Below the pieces are notes generated by a model, which was not told the origin of the DNA, made no database searches, and saw only the letters and a list, made by a program, of their open reading frames with translations. Positions 49,265-58,816 of a stretch of 64,000 nucleotides of DNA are shown here, piece by piece (position 1 is the stretch's first letter; every line of letters starts with the position of its first letter). The DNA lies in contig CAVWRD010000011.1 of the NCBI GenBank assembly GCA_963757315.1, forward strand, positions 1,613,682 to 1,677,681. The letters are read 5' to 3'. Origin of the DNA: an uncultured Bacteroidota bacterium. Its GTDB lineage: Bacteria > Bacteroidota > Bacteroidia > Chitinophagales > Chitinophagaceae. The translations under genes were made by a program, and so were the position numbers.

Positions 49265-49295
49265 TTTGAATATTCCATATAATGCATTAATTTTG
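49265..49295 (+). promoter_or_regulatory. candidate Bacteroidota sigma-A promoter for rplKAJL (-33 TTTG, 19-nt spacer, -7 TAATTTTG)
   Basis: TTTG at 49265..49268 and TAATTTTG at 49288..49295. Lies 10 nt downstream of the heptamer array. Confidence 0.5.
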
Positions 49296-49337
49296 CGACC
49301 CCAATCGAAAGTTCTTAGTTTATCGTATTGTTTGGGA

Positions 49338-49356
49338 GTGGCGCTAAAGACGCCAC
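49338..49356 (+). promoter_or_regulatory. 5'-UTR hairpin of rplK (GTGGCG-ctaaaga-CGCCAC) preceded by GGGA
   Basis: Perfect 6-bp stem read directly. Its position suggests a possible L1 autoregulatory site. Not verifiable by eye. Confidence 0.25.
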
Positions 49357-49378
49357 GTTAACACCAAAAAAAGTAAAT

Positions 49379-49822
49379 ATGGCAAAGCAAATTTCCGGGT
49401 ACGTCAAATTACAGGTAAAAGGCGGACAGGCTAATCCTGCTCCCCCAATCGGACCTGCGTTAGGATCCAAGGGTATTAACATTATGGAGTTCTGCAAGCA
49501 GTTTAATGCCAGAACCCAGGACAGAATCGGTAAGGTTCTTCCGGTGTTAATTACTGTTTATTCCGACAAATCCTTCGAGTTCATCATCAAAACGCCGCCT
49601 GCAGCTGTTCAGATTCTGGAAGCAGCAAAATTGCAAAGCGGATCCAAAGAGCCAAATCGTAATAAAGTGGGTAAGGTCAACTGGACCCAGGTAGAGGCAA
49701 TTGCGAAAGACAAAATGCCGGACCTGAACTGTTTCACCGTTGAAAGTGCTATGCGAATGGTGGCCGGTACGGCACGCAGCATGGGCGTCAATGTGGAAGG
49801 CAAAGCTCCATGGGATAATTGA
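49379..49822 (+). CDS. rplK: 50S ribosomal protein L11
   Basis: [29 protein letters not shown]. 147 aa. Confidence 0.96.
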   Translation: MAKQISGYVKLQVKGGQANPAPPIGPALGSKGINIMEFCKQFNARTQDRIGKVLPVLITVYSDKSFEFIIKTPPAAVQILEAAKLQSGSKEPNRNKVGKVNWTQVEAIAKDKMPDLNCFTVESAMRMVAGTARSMGVNVEGKAPWDN

Positions 49823-49848
49823 TTCTGAACACTTAAAAAAATTATGAT

Positions 49849-50541
49849 ATGGCTATCTCCAAAAAAAGAAAATCTGTTGCGACTAAAGTCGACAAGAATA
49901 AAGCTTATACGCTGAAAGACGCGTCTTCACTGGTAAAGGAAGTGAATATTGCAAAATTTGATGCATCGGTAGATCTTCACATCAGGTTGGGTGTGGATCC
50001 TAAAAAAGCTGATCAGTCTGTACGCGGAACTGTCAGCCTGCCTCATGGTACAGGTAAAACCAAACGGGTTCTGGTATTATGTACGCCCGATAAAGAAAAT
50101 GATGCCCGTAACGCAGGTGCTGACTATGTGGGTCTCGATGAGTTTATTCAGAAAATTGAAAGCGGTTGGGTAGATTTTGATGTGGTTATCGCAACCCCGT
50201 CGGTGATGCCTAAAATAGGTAAGCTGGGTAAAGTGCTTGGACCACGTAACCTGATGCCGAATCCCAAAACAGGCACAGTTACAAATGACGTAGCAGGTGC
50301 TGTAAATGAAGTTAAAGGCGGTAAGATTGCGTTCAAAGTAGATAAAGCAGGAATCATTCATGCCTCTATCGGAAGAGTGAGTTTTACGCCCGACAAAATT
50401 ACGCAGAACAGCCAGGAGCTGATCAATGCTGTGATCCGTGCAAAACCGGCCACATCAAAGGGCACCTATGTAAAAAGCGTATTCATGGCCAGCACAATGA
50501 GTCCTTCCATTTCAATTGATACAAGAGCTTTTGCTCAATAA
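49849..50541 (+). CDS. rplA: 50S ribosomal protein L1
   Basis: Typical uL1 sequence ([30 protein letters not shown]). 230 aa. Confidence 0.96.
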   Translation: MAISKKRKSVATKVDKNKAYTLKDASSLVKEVNIAKFDASVDLHIRLGVDPKKADQSVRGTVSLPHGTGKTKRVLVLCTPDKENDARNAGADYVGLDEFIQKIESGWVDFDVVIATPSVMPKIGKLGKVLGPRNLMPNPKTGTVTNDVAGAVNEVKGGKIAFKVDKAGIIHASIGRVSFTPDKITQNSQELINAVIRAKPATSKGTYVKSVFMASTMSPSISIDTRAFAQ

Positions 50542-50561
50542 AACATTTTTAAAAAAAGGTT

Positions 50562-51092
50562 ATGACCAAAGATCAAAAAAACGAAGTGATTGAAGTGTTG
50601 AAGGGCAAATTCTCTCAATACAGCAATTTCTATGTGACCAATACGGAGTCTCTCACAGTGGAACAAGTTGGTAAACTTCGCAGAATCTGCTTCAACAAAA
50701 AAGTAGAAATGAAAGTTGCCAAAAATACCCTGATAAAAAAAGCACTTGAAAATCTGGATTCAAAAAGATTTTCCGGTGTATACAATTCATTGAACGGAGT
50801 AACAGCTTTACTTTTCTCTGAAAGTGCAAAGGAACCGGCTATTATCATCAGCAGTTTCCGTAAGGATTCAAATCTTGAAAAACCTGTGCTGAAAGCCGCA
50901 TTTATTGACGGCGATGTTTTCGAAGGAGATAATCAGTTGAAAACGTTGACAACACTGAAAAGTAAACACGATCTTATCGGGGAAATCATCAGCCTGTTAC
51001 AATCACCTGCTAAGAATGTAATCAGCGGATTGAATGCTGGTGCAAAACTTGCGGGTCTGGTGCAGGCATTGGAAGCGAGAGCGCAGGCGTAA
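50562..51092 (+). CDS. rplJ: 50S ribosomal protein L10
   Basis: 176 aa. Position between rplA and rplL. uL10-like N-terminal region. Confidence 0.92.
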   Translation: MTKDQKNEVIEVLKGKFSQYSNFYVTNTESLTVEQVGKLRRICFNKKVEMKVAKNTLIKKALENLDSKRFSGVYNSLNGVTALLFSESAKEPAIIISSFRKDSNLEKPVLKAAFIDGDVFEGDNQLKTLTTLKSKHDLIGEIISLLQSPAKNVISGLNAGAKLAGLVQALEARAQA

Positions 51093-51150
51093 GGATGACG
51101 GATGACGGATGACGGATCGACGGTCAACGGTCAACGGTCAACGGTCAACG
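51093..51150. repeat. composite heptamer array (GGATGAC)x3-GGATCGA-(CGGTCAA)x4
   Basis: Begins at the first base after the rplJ stop codon. Counted directly. Confidence 0.92.
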
Positions 51151-51236
51151 ATAAATTATAGCTTATAAAAATTTTTTAATAACCATCCTCCGGAGTTGGC
51201 AAAAACTAACCATGAAGGGGGAAAAAATCAAACAAA

Positions 51237-51614
51237 ATGGCAGACTTAAAATCATTCGCAGAACAGTTGGTATCACTGACTGTAAAAGAAGTTAATGAAC
51301 TCGCAAAAATTCTGAAAGAAGAATACGGTATCGAACCCGCTGCAGCAGCTGTTGCAGTCGCTGGTCCTGCTGCCGGTGGTGCAGCAGCCGCAGCTGAAGA
51401 AAAAACTGCTTTCACAGTTATTCTGAAAGCCGCAGGCGCAAATAAGTTGAACGTTGTGAAGATCGTTAAGGATCTTACAGGTCTCGGACTTAAAGAAGCT
51501 AAGGATCTGGTAGATGGCGCTCCAAAACCTGTAAAGGAAGGCGTTAGCAAGGCAGATGCAGAAGGTCTGGTTGCAAAGCTGAAAGAAGCAGGTGCTGAAG
51601 TTGAAATTCAGTAA
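51237..51614 (+). CDS. rplL: 50S ribosomal protein L7/L12
   Basis: Ala-rich hinge ([22 protein letters not shown]) and [24 protein letters not shown]. 125 aa. Confidence 0.96.
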   Translation: MADLKSFAEQLVSLTVKEVNELAKILKEEYGIEPAAAAVAVAGPAAGGAAAAAEEKTAFTVILKAAGANKLNVVKIVKDLTGLGLKEAKDLVDGAPKPVKEGVSKADAEGLVAKLKEAGAEVEIQ

Positions 51615-51638
51615 GATTCTTGTAAATAGTTAATAGTA

Positions 51639-51669
51639 AGTGGTGAATGGACCTGGTCTGTTCACCATT
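51639..51669 (+). terminator. hairpin after rplL (possible attenuator before rpoB)
   Basis: agtggtgaa / 13-nt loop / ttcaccatt (9 bp including one G:U), followed by tgctttt. Weak U-tract. Confidence 0.35.
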
Positions 51670-51765
51670 TGCTTTTACGCTGGCTGTTTGCCGTTGGCTG
51701 TGGAGGGTTAGCTGGGGTGACGATTTTCTACGTACAAGTTACCCGATCTGCTAAAAAACTAAAAC

Positions 51766-51795
51766 CGGCCAACCGTCAACGGTCAACGGCCAACG
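51766..51795. repeat. heptamer array cggccaa ccgtcaa cggtcaa cggccaa + cg
   Basis: Same unit, orientation and ...caacgat end as the array at 51121..51152. Confidence 0.85.
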
Positions 51796-51833
51796 ATTTA
51801 TTTCAAGAATGCCAAAAATTCACACAAAATCCC

Positions 51834-51841
51834 TAACTTTG
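51834..51841 (+). promoter_or_regulatory. -7 box TAACTTTG upstream of rpoB
   Basis: TAnnTTTG match about 150 nt upstream of the rpoB ATG. No clear -33 element. Confidence 0.3.
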
Positions 51842-51994
51842 CCGTCCGTTTGTATTATCAATTAAGTTATAATTATTCAGCACCATATAATATGCTATTA
51901 ATCAATGCGTTGGGAATTCATTGAATTCACAAGGCATTGTTTTGTTTTCCCGCGAACTGTAGTTTGAACATTTAAAAAAAGGATATATACCATT

Positions 51995-54900
51995 ATGTCT
52001 TCCACAAAGCTCACACCCAGGATCAATTTCGGTAAGATTAAACACCTTGCAGAAACACCTGATCTTCTAGAAGTTCAGATCCAGTCTTTTAAAGAGTTTT
52101 TCCAACTGGAAACGACTCCGGATAAGCGTAATATCGAAGGTTTATTCAAGGTATTCAAGGAAAATTTCCCGATCACCGATACGAGGAACATTTTCATGTT
52201 GGAGTTCCTTGATTATTTCATCGATCCGCCCCGCTATACAATTGAAGAATGTATGGAACGCGGTCTTACTTATGCCGTGCCTCTGAAAGCGAAACTCCGC
52301 CTCAGTTGTAACGACGAAGAGCATGTGGATTTTCAAACCATTGTACAGGACGTATTCCTCGGAAATATTCCTTACATGACGCCACGCGGAACCTTTGTGA
52401 TCAACGGTGCAGAACGTGTTGTGGTTTCTCAACTTCACAGATCACCCGGCGTATTCTTTGGTCAGTCTATTCATCCGAACGGAACCAAGATATATTCTGC
52501 CCGTGTAATTCCTTTTAAAGGAGCATGGATGGAATTTGCAACGGACATCAATAACGTGATGTTTGCTTACATCGACAGGAAAAAGAAATTCCCGGTTACC
52601 ACCCTTCTTCGTTCAATCGGTTACGAAACAGATAAGGATATCCTCGCTCTGTTTGGCATGGCAGACGAAGTAAAGGTTGATAAGAAAACATTACATAAAT
52701 ACATCGGCAAGAAACTCGCTGCCCGCGTTCTGAGAACATGGGTGGAAGATTTTGTGGATGAAGACACCGGTGAAGTTGTTTCTATCGAAAGAAATGAAAT
52801 CGTACTGGAACGTGATACCGTTTTGGATGAAGAGGCCATAGATATGGTAATCGAAATGGACGTGAAGAGTGTTTTCATTCAGAAAGAAGATGTGGGTGGA
52901 GACTACGCAATCATCTACAATACCCTGAACAAGGATACTTCTAACAGTGAACTGGAAGCAGTTCAGCATATCTATCGCCAGTTGCGAGGCGCCGACGCAC
53001 CGGATGATGAAACTGCGCGTGGTATCATCGACAAGTTGTTCTTCAGCGACAAACGTTATGATCTCGGTGAAGTAGGCCGTTATAAAATAAATCGGAAACT
53101 CAATCTGAATCTGCCACTAACTCAGAAAACACTGACCAAGGGAGATATGATTGAAATCATTAAATACCTGGTACGTTTAACAAACGGAAAAGCAGAAATC
53201 GATGATATCGATCACCTGAGCAATCGTCGTGTTCGTACCGTGGGTGAACAATTATATGCTCAATTCGGTGTGGGTCTTGCACGTATGGCACGTACCATCC
53301 GCGAACGTATGAATGTGCGCGACAATGAAGTGTTCACACCTGTGGATCTGATCAATGCCAGAACTCTTTCTTCTGTAATCAATTCCTTTTTTGGAACATC
53401 ACAGTTGTCACAGTTCCTCGATCAGACTAATCCATTAAGTGAAATAACTCATAAACGTCGTATCTCCGCCCTCGGGCCCGGAGGTCTTAGCCGCGAAAGA
53501 GCAGGATTTGAAGTACGTGACGTGCATTATTCTCACTACGGTCGCCTTTGTACGATTGAAACTCCGGAAGGACCTAATATTGGACTTATTTCAACGCTTT
53601 GCGTTCACGCAAAAATCAATGAAATGGGATTCATTGAAACTCCTTACCGTAAAGTGAATGAAGGGAAGGTGGACATGAAAAAACTCACCTATCTCAGTGC
53701 AGAAGAAGAAGATATTGCCAAGATCGCGCAGGCAAATATCGCTTTGGATGATAAAGGGAATTTCATAGAAGATAAAATTGTATCACGCCAGACAGGTGAC
53801 TTTCCGATCCTCGACAGAAATGACGTGGAATTCATGGACGTCGCACCGAACCAGATTGTTGGTCTGAGTGCTTCACTCATTCCATTTCTTGAACATGATG
53901 ATGCCAACCGTGCGCTCATGGGCTCGAACATGCAAAGGCAGGCTGTGCCACTGATACTTCCTGAAAGACCAATTGTCGGTACCGGACTGGAAGCCAAAGC
54001 TGCCCGCGATGCACGTATTCAGATTCACTCTGAAGGAGAAGGTGTTGTGGAATTTGTTGACGCTAATGAAATCCATGTTCGCTACGAGAGAAATGAAATA
54101 CAAAAGCTCGTAAGTTTCGAAGACGATCTTAAAATATACAAACTCACTAAGTTCATTAAAACGAACCAGGAAACATGTATCAATCTGAAACCGGCTGTTA
54201 GAAAAGGACAGAGAGTTAAGGATGGTGATTTCCTAACAGAAGGATATGCTGTGCAGGCAGGTGAAATGGCGCTCGGAAGAAATCTTAAAGTGGCATTCAT
54301 GCCATGGAAGGGTTACAACTTTGAGGATGCCATTGTAATCAGTGAAAAAGTGGTTCGCGAAGATTTATTTACATCTGTTCATATTTCAGAATATGAACTG
54401 GAAGTAAGAGATACAAAACTAGGTGAAGAAGAATTAACTCCGGATATTCCAAACGTTTCAGAAGAAGCAACAAAGGATCTGGACGAAAACGGAATTATTC
54501 GTGTAGGTGCACAAATAAAAGAAGGCGATATTCTGATTGGTAAGATTACACCAAAAGGTGAAAGCGATCCTACTCCGGAAGAAAAATTGCTTCGTGCCAT
54601 CTTTGGCGACAAAGCCGGGGATGCTAAAGACGCTTCTTTAAAAGCACCGAGTGGTACCGAAGGGGTTGTAATTAGCAAGAAACTTTTCCAGCGTGCGAAG
54701 AAAGATAAGAATGCAAAAGTGCGCGAGAAAGCAGTGCTTGATAAGATCGAAAAAGTGCACGAGAAAAATGAAGCAGATCTGCTGGAAGTATTGATCTCCA
54801 AACTGGGCGTATTACTGAAGGATCATAGCTCTACGGGAGTAAACAATAACTTCGGTGAAGTACAGATTGGAAAAGGTGCAAAGTTCACACAGAAGAACCT

Positions 54901-55798
54901 GAGTGGTATTGACTATCTCAATGTAAATCCTTTGGGATGGACCGGTGATCCAAAATCTGACGAACTCGTAAACGTGTTGTTGCACAACTACAATATCAAG
55001 TACAACGAAGAACTGGGAAGATACAAGAGAGAAAAATTCAACATTTCTATCGGTGATGAATTACCAGCTGGAGTATTGAAACTGGCTAAAGTATATCTCG
55101 CTGTAAAACGGAAGTTGAAAGTGGGTGATAAAATGGCGGGTCGCCATGGAAACAAAGGTATCGTTGCTAAAATAGTGCGTGCAGAAGATATGCCTTTCCT
55201 CGAAGATGGTACTCCGGTTGATATTGTGTTGAATCCTCTAGGGGTTCCGTCACGTATGAACCTGGGGCAGATTTATGAAACCGTTCTGGGATGGGCCGGA
55301 GAAAAACTGGAGTTGAAATTCGCCACTCCGATTTTTGACGGAGCAACGGTAGAAGAAATTGCCGAGCATATCGACAGAGCGGGTCTACCTGTCTTCGGTC
55401 ATACTTACCTGTATGACGGAGAAACAGGGGATCGTTTTGATCAGAAAGCTACCGTAGGTATCATTTATGTGATCAAGCTTCACCATATGGTGGACGACAA
55501 AATGCATGCCCGCAGTATCGGACCATATAGTCTAATTACGCAACAGCCATTGGGTGGTAAGGCACAGTTCGGTGGTCAGCGTTTCGGAGAAATGGAAGTT
55601 TGGGCTCTCGAAGCCTATGGTGCTTCCAACATTCTTCAGGAATTGCTTACACTGAAATCTGATGATATCATTGGCCGCGCTAAAACTTATGAAGCCATCG
55701 TAAAAGGTGACAGTATCCCAAGAGCTGGTATACCGGAATCATTCAACGTGCTTGTTCATGAGTTACGTGGACTGGGTCTTGATCTAAGATTTGACTGA
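51995..55798 (+). CDS. rpoB: DNA-directed RNA polymerase subunit beta (complete)
   Basis: 1267 aa. Conserved blocks include [63 protein letters not shown] and [18 protein letters not shown]. Native-looking C-terminus [14 protein letters not shown]. Confidence 0.98.
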   Translation: MSSTKLTPRINFGKIKHLAETPDLLEVQIQSFKEFFQLETTPDKRNIEGLFKVFKENFPITDTRNIFMLEFLDYFIDPPRYTIEECMERGLTYAVPLKAKLRLSCNDEEHVDFQTIVQDVFLGNIPYMTPRGTFVINGAERVVVSQLHRSPGVFFGQSIHPNGTKIYSARVIPFKGAWMEFATDINNVMFAYIDRKKKFPVTTLLRSIGYETDKDILALFGMADEVKVDKKTLHKYIGKKLAARVLRTWVEDFVDEDTGEVVSIERNEIVLERDTVLDEEAIDMVIEMDVKSVFIQKEDVGGDYAIIYNTLNKDTSNSELEAVQHIYRQLRGADAPDDETARGIIDKLFFSDKRYDLGEVGRYKINRKLNLNLPLTQKTLTKGDMIEIIKYLVRLTNGKAEIDDIDHLSNRRVRTVGEQLYAQFGVGLARMARTIRERMNVRDNEVFTPVDLINARTLSSVINSFFGTSQLSQFLDQTNPLSEITHKRRISALGPGGLSRERAGFEVRDVHYSHYGRLCTIETPEGPNIGLISTLCVHAKINEMGFIETPYRKVNEGKVDMKKLTYLSAEEEDIAKIAQANIALDDKGNFIEDKIVSRQTGDFPILDRNDVEFMDVAPNQIVGLSASLIPFLEHDDANRALMGSNMQRQAVPLILPERPIVGTGLEAKAARDARIQIHSEGEGVVEFVDANEIHVRYERNEIQKLVSFEDDLKIYKLTKFIKTNQETCINLKPAVRKGQRVKDGDFLTEGYAVQAGEMALGRNLKVAFMPWKGYNFEDAIVISEKVVREDLFTSVHISEYELEVRDTKLGEEELTPDIPNVSEEATKDLDENGIIRVGAQIKEGDILIGKITPKGESDPTPEEKLLRAIFGDKAGDAKDASLKAPSGTEGVVISKKLFQRAKKDKNAKVREKAVLDKIEKVHEKNEADLLEVLISKLGVLLKDHSSTGVNNNFGEVQIGKGAKFTQKNLSGIDYLNVNPLGWTGDPKSDELVNVLLHNYNIKYNEELGRYKREKFNISIGDELPAGVLKLAKVYLAVKRKLKVGDKMAGRHGNKGIVAKIVRAEDMPFLEDGTPVDIVLNPLGVPSRMNLGQIYETVLGWAGEKLELKFATPIFDGATVEEIAEHIDRAGLPVFGHTYLYDGETGDRFDQKATVGIIYVIKLHHMVDDKMHARSIGPYSLITQQPLGGKAQFGGQRFGEMEVWALEAYGASNILQELLTLKSDDIIGRAKTYEAIVKGDSIPRAGIPESFNVLVHELRGLGLDLRFD

Positions 55799-55805
55799 GT
55801 CAAAT

Positions 55806-55838
55806 CTTAGGCTTAAAGCTGAAAGCCTAAAGCCTAAG
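55806..55838. repeat. AAAGC-family heptamer palindrome (cttaggctt / 15-nt loop / aagcctaag)
   Basis: 9-bp perfect inverted repeat starting 8 nt after the rpoB stop. Confidence 0.75.
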
Positions 55839-55851
55839 GCTTATAAAATAC

Positions 55852-55883
55852 AAACCCTCTCAGAAGATCTGAGAGGGTTTTTT
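55852..55883 (+). terminator. strong intrinsic terminator after rpoB
   Basis: CCCTCTCAG-aagat-CTGAGAGGG followed by TTTTTT. Confidence 0.85.
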
Positions 55884-56010
55884 CATTTCATAGCCTCAAC
55901 AATTAATCCCCGTCAGCGCAGTCCGGTGTTCCAAACAGATGAAATATGGTTTTATTCTAATATTTAAAGTAGGATCCCCGGGCAGTTTTCCGGGAATATT
56001 CCGGGGCGTA

Positions 56011-56043
56011 CCCCCCAGCAACCCCCCAGCATCCCCCCAGCGG
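56011..56043. repeat. three tandem 11-mers ccccccagcaa ccccccagcat ccccccagcgg
   Basis: Read directly. A C6 (G6 on the minus strand) run recurs every 11 nt within an otherwise AT-rich spacer. Confidence 0.9.
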
Positions 56044-56123
56044 GTCCTGAGCGGGTCAGTTCAATACCCTAACCAATCCTCAATGAGTCATGATGTATAT
56101 GAAAGAAAATAATACGTACAATA

Positions 56124-56756
56124 TCAGAGTTTGCTCTTTATAAAATATCCCAAGGCCCTGCCCGCTTCGCTGTAAGCGGTGGCAATACGTTCATCCGTTG
56201 CATAATCGTTTTCAAAAAAGCTGCCACCCGGAGAATTTACTACGCTGATTTTAGCAATTACGCGCGATTTATTGCCAGAATCGACAATCCAGGCTACCCC
56301 GCTGATTTCAGCACTGTGACGCATGAAGCCAATATTAAATCCGGGTTCAGTAACGGTCGTTTTAAAGATAAGCGTATATTTTGCTTTTGGGTCAGGCTGA
56401 ATTCCACCAGATTTTTCGAATTCCTTCGTGAAGCCAGGTTCGTATAAAGTCTCCCTGTCATCTTTCCACGCTTTGGCCCATTCATCGCCTTTTCCAGGTG
56501 ATTTCTTATTATATTCTTCAGTGTGCTTTGCCACGTATTCCGTCTCTGTCTGTTGTGCATGTGCATGTCCAGGCCCGGGTGGATGTCCATGCCCACCCCC
56601 CATCGACATGCTATCATAAGTGAAAGCAAAAGCAATTGTTTTTTCAGATTTCAATGGCGAGAGATCACCATCCTCCAGTTTAACTTTCTGAGCAAATCCC
56701 CGGGTGGCCAGGAGTAAGATGAATGTGGTCAGGGTAAGGCATTTCAACTGTTTCAT
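56124..56756 (-). CDS. secreted protein of unknown function, paralog B, with His/Gly/Pro-rich insert
   Basis: Signal peptide MKQLKCLTLTTFILLLATRGFAQ. Shares FTYDS, GKGDEWAK and AKYTLIF-TT blocks with 56835..57425. Unique insert GGGHGHPPGPGHAHAQQ. Confidence 0.6.
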   Translation of the reverse strand: MKQLKCLTLTTFILLLATRGFAQKVKLEDGDLSPLKSEKTIAFAFTYDSMSMGGGHGHPPGPGHAHAQQTETEYVAKHTEEYNKKSPGKGDEWAKAWKDDRETLYEPGFTKEFEKSGGIQPDPKAKYTLIFKTTVTEPGFNIGFMRHSAEISGVAWIVDSGNKSRVIAKISVVNSPGGSFFENDYATDERIATAYSEAGRALGYFIKSKL

Positions 56757-56834
56757 ATTCTATTTTTAAGGTTTAAGACTATAAAAATAAAGAAATGGTC
56801 TAATTAAACTGTTGAAAAGAACTTCAGCCAGCCT

Positions 56835-57425
56835 TTAATTATTTATTACGAAGGGTCCGGCTGCATTGCCTGCTTCGAAAAACGCTTCATCTACATGATC
56901 ACCCGTTTCAAAATGAGGGCCAGCCTTGCCCATCGCTTTGGTTAAATTAGCCCTGGCAATAATTTTATGCTCGCCTTGTGTTTCGACTAAAATGAGTTCT
57001 CCTCTCACTTCGGGATTTTTGTGTACCATAATTCCGGCGGTACTAAATCCCTGTTCGATATAAGTTGTATGAAAAATCAAAGTATATTTTGCGTCCTGTG
57101 AAATCTTTAATCCGGATGAGTTCTTAAATCCATCCGTAAATGCAGGCTCAAATTTTTCTTTTCTCTGAGCTATCCATTCCTTAGCCCACTCATCCCCTTT
57201 GCCTTCCTGCTTCTTATTCATCTCTGTTACTTTCTTATTTACATAGTCGGCCTCCACCTTATATTTTCCCACCTGCAAACTGTCGTAAGTGAATTGCAGA
57301 GCAACATTTTTTTCTGCGAATAGAATTTTGAAACTTCCTTCTTCGATCGTAATATCCTGTGCATAACTAAAATGAAAACAACATTGAATAAGTATGAAAG
57401 CGCAAATCAATTTCGTAAATTTCAT
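56835..57425 (-). CDS. secreted protein of unknown function, paralog A
   Basis: I prefer the start at MKFTKLICAFILIQCCFHFSYAQ (signal peptide). The longer ORF-track start overlaps thrC. Blocks shared with 56124..56756. Confidence 0.6.
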   Translation of the reverse strand: MKFTKLICAFILIQCCFHFSYAQDITIEEGSFKILFAEKNVALQFTYDSLQVGKYKVEADYVNKKVTEMNKKQEGKGDEWAKEWIAQRKEKFEPAFTDGFKNSSGLKISQDAKYTLIFHTTYIEQGFSTAGIMVHKNPEVRGELILVETQGEHKIIARANLTKAMGKAGPHFETGDHVDEAFFEAGNAAGPFVINN

Positions 57426-57453
57426 TTGATTCTTATTTGTACTTTTTAGATTA

Positions 57454-58755
57454 TTATTTTCGTTCGAGTAGTTTCTTCCTAAACGTTGGATAGTCTGCAT
57501 AAATTTTTTCAGACACACTTTTTTTATCAAATAAATCCTGAACGGATTCAGGGATTTTTACAATTTCGCCGGAGAATCGCTCTACAGCGTCGGGGAATTT
57601 AACCGGATGAGCAGTTTCCAGGAATATCCCTTCCTGATCTGGGTGTTTGATAAGCCAACGCTGAAGTGCCAGCCAGCCTATCGCTCCGTGAGGGTCAGCT
57701 ATATATTTGTAATCCTGATAGAGACTGCGTATGGCAGTACCCGTTTCTTCATCTGAAATACTTTCGCTGCTCATCATATTTTTCAGAGGTTCAAATTCAG
57801 CATTAAACAATTCAAGAACCCGCACAAAGTTGCTGGGATCTCCCACATCCATTGCGTTGGATAAACTGGCCTTTGCTTTAAGAGGTTTATATAAACCTGT
57901 TTTCAAATAATTCGGGACAACCGCATTTACATTGCAGGCTGCAATAAAATGTTTTACAGGAAGCCCTGAATGATGGGCAAGCAAACCCGCACAGATATTT
58001 CCAAAGTTGCCGCTGGGCACGGAAATAACCGGAGGTTTTGATTTATTTTTCCATTGTTTCCATGCCAGAAAATAATAAATCTGCTGTGGCAACCAACGCG
58101 CTACATTGATGGAATTAGCTGACGTCAAAAATATTTTTTTGCCCAGCTCTTCATCTGAAAATGCCTGCTTCACCAATGCCTGGCATTCATCAAAACTTCC
58201 TTCCACTTCTAAAGCAGTAATATTTTCCCCGGTGGTGGTAAGCTGTAATTCCTGCACCGGACTCACTTTCCCTGAAGGATAGAGTATTACTACATTCACC
58301 CCTTCCACGCCCAGAAATCCACTTGCCACGGCACCGCCCGTATCACCAGAGGTTGCAACCAAAACTGTAACCGGTCGTTTCTCCTCCTGTATGAAATATC
58401 CAAGACAACGGCTCATAAATCGCGCTCCCACGTCCTTGAAAGCCAGCGTAGGACCATGAAATAATTCCAGTGTGTAAATATGTTTTGAAATCTGAACCAG
58501 GGGAATATCAAATGCAATTGTTTCAGCAACGATCTGCCTGAGTATTTTTTCAGGAATGGCATCTCCCACATATTGATTCATCACATACCAGGCGATCTCT
58601 TCATTAGATATATTTTCCAGATTGTTTATCCAGGAAGAAGGGAATACCGGAATCTGTTCCGGAAAAAATAATCCTTTTTCAGATCCCAGTCCCTGTATGG
58701 TAGCTGTTCTGAAATCAACTTTTTCTGAATGTTTATTTAAGTTGTAAAATAACAT
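57454..58755 (-). CDS. thrC: threonine synthase
   Basis: PLP-lysine region PTLAFKDVGARF, and ATSGDTGGA. 433 aa. Confidence 0.92.
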   Translation of the reverse strand: MLFYNLNKHSEKVDFRTATIQGLGSEKGLFFPEQIPVFPSSWINNLENISNEEIAWYVMNQYVGDAIPEKILRQIVAETIAFDIPLVQISKHIYTLELFHGPTLAFKDVGARFMSRCLGYFIQEEKRPVTVLVATSGDTGGAVASGFLGVEGVNVVILYPSGKVSPVQELQLTTTGENITALEVEGSFDECQALVKQAFSDEELGKKIFLTSANSINVARWLPQQIYYFLAWKQWKNKSKPPVISVPSGNFGNICAGLLAHHSGLPVKHFIAACNVNAVVPNYLKTGLYKPLKAKASLSNAMDVGDPSNFVRVLELFNAEFEPLKNMMSSESISDEETGTAIRSLYQDYKYIADPHGAIGWLALQRWLIKHPDQEGIFLETAHPVKFPDAVERFSGEIVKIPESVQDLFDKKSVSEKIYADYPTFRKKLLERK

Positions 58756-58816
58756 TTCTGCTTTTTAGATTTTCGATCGCGTTTTGAGATCAGCCTTACG
58801 CTTTAAGACTGAGGTC

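Noticed and set aside
51206-54801. Antisense ORFs inside rplL and rpoB (for example 51206..51550, 53689..53997, 54379..54801)
   Set aside because: They lie opposite highly conserved coding sequence and have biased, low-complexity composition (Ala- or Ser-rich). They are typical shadow ORFs.
56294-56717. Overlapping ORFs 56294..56635(-), 56428..56619(+) and 56523..56717(+) within paralog B
   Set aside because: They are alternative frames of a gene whose main frame has a signal peptide and conserved blocks shared with the neighbouring paralog.
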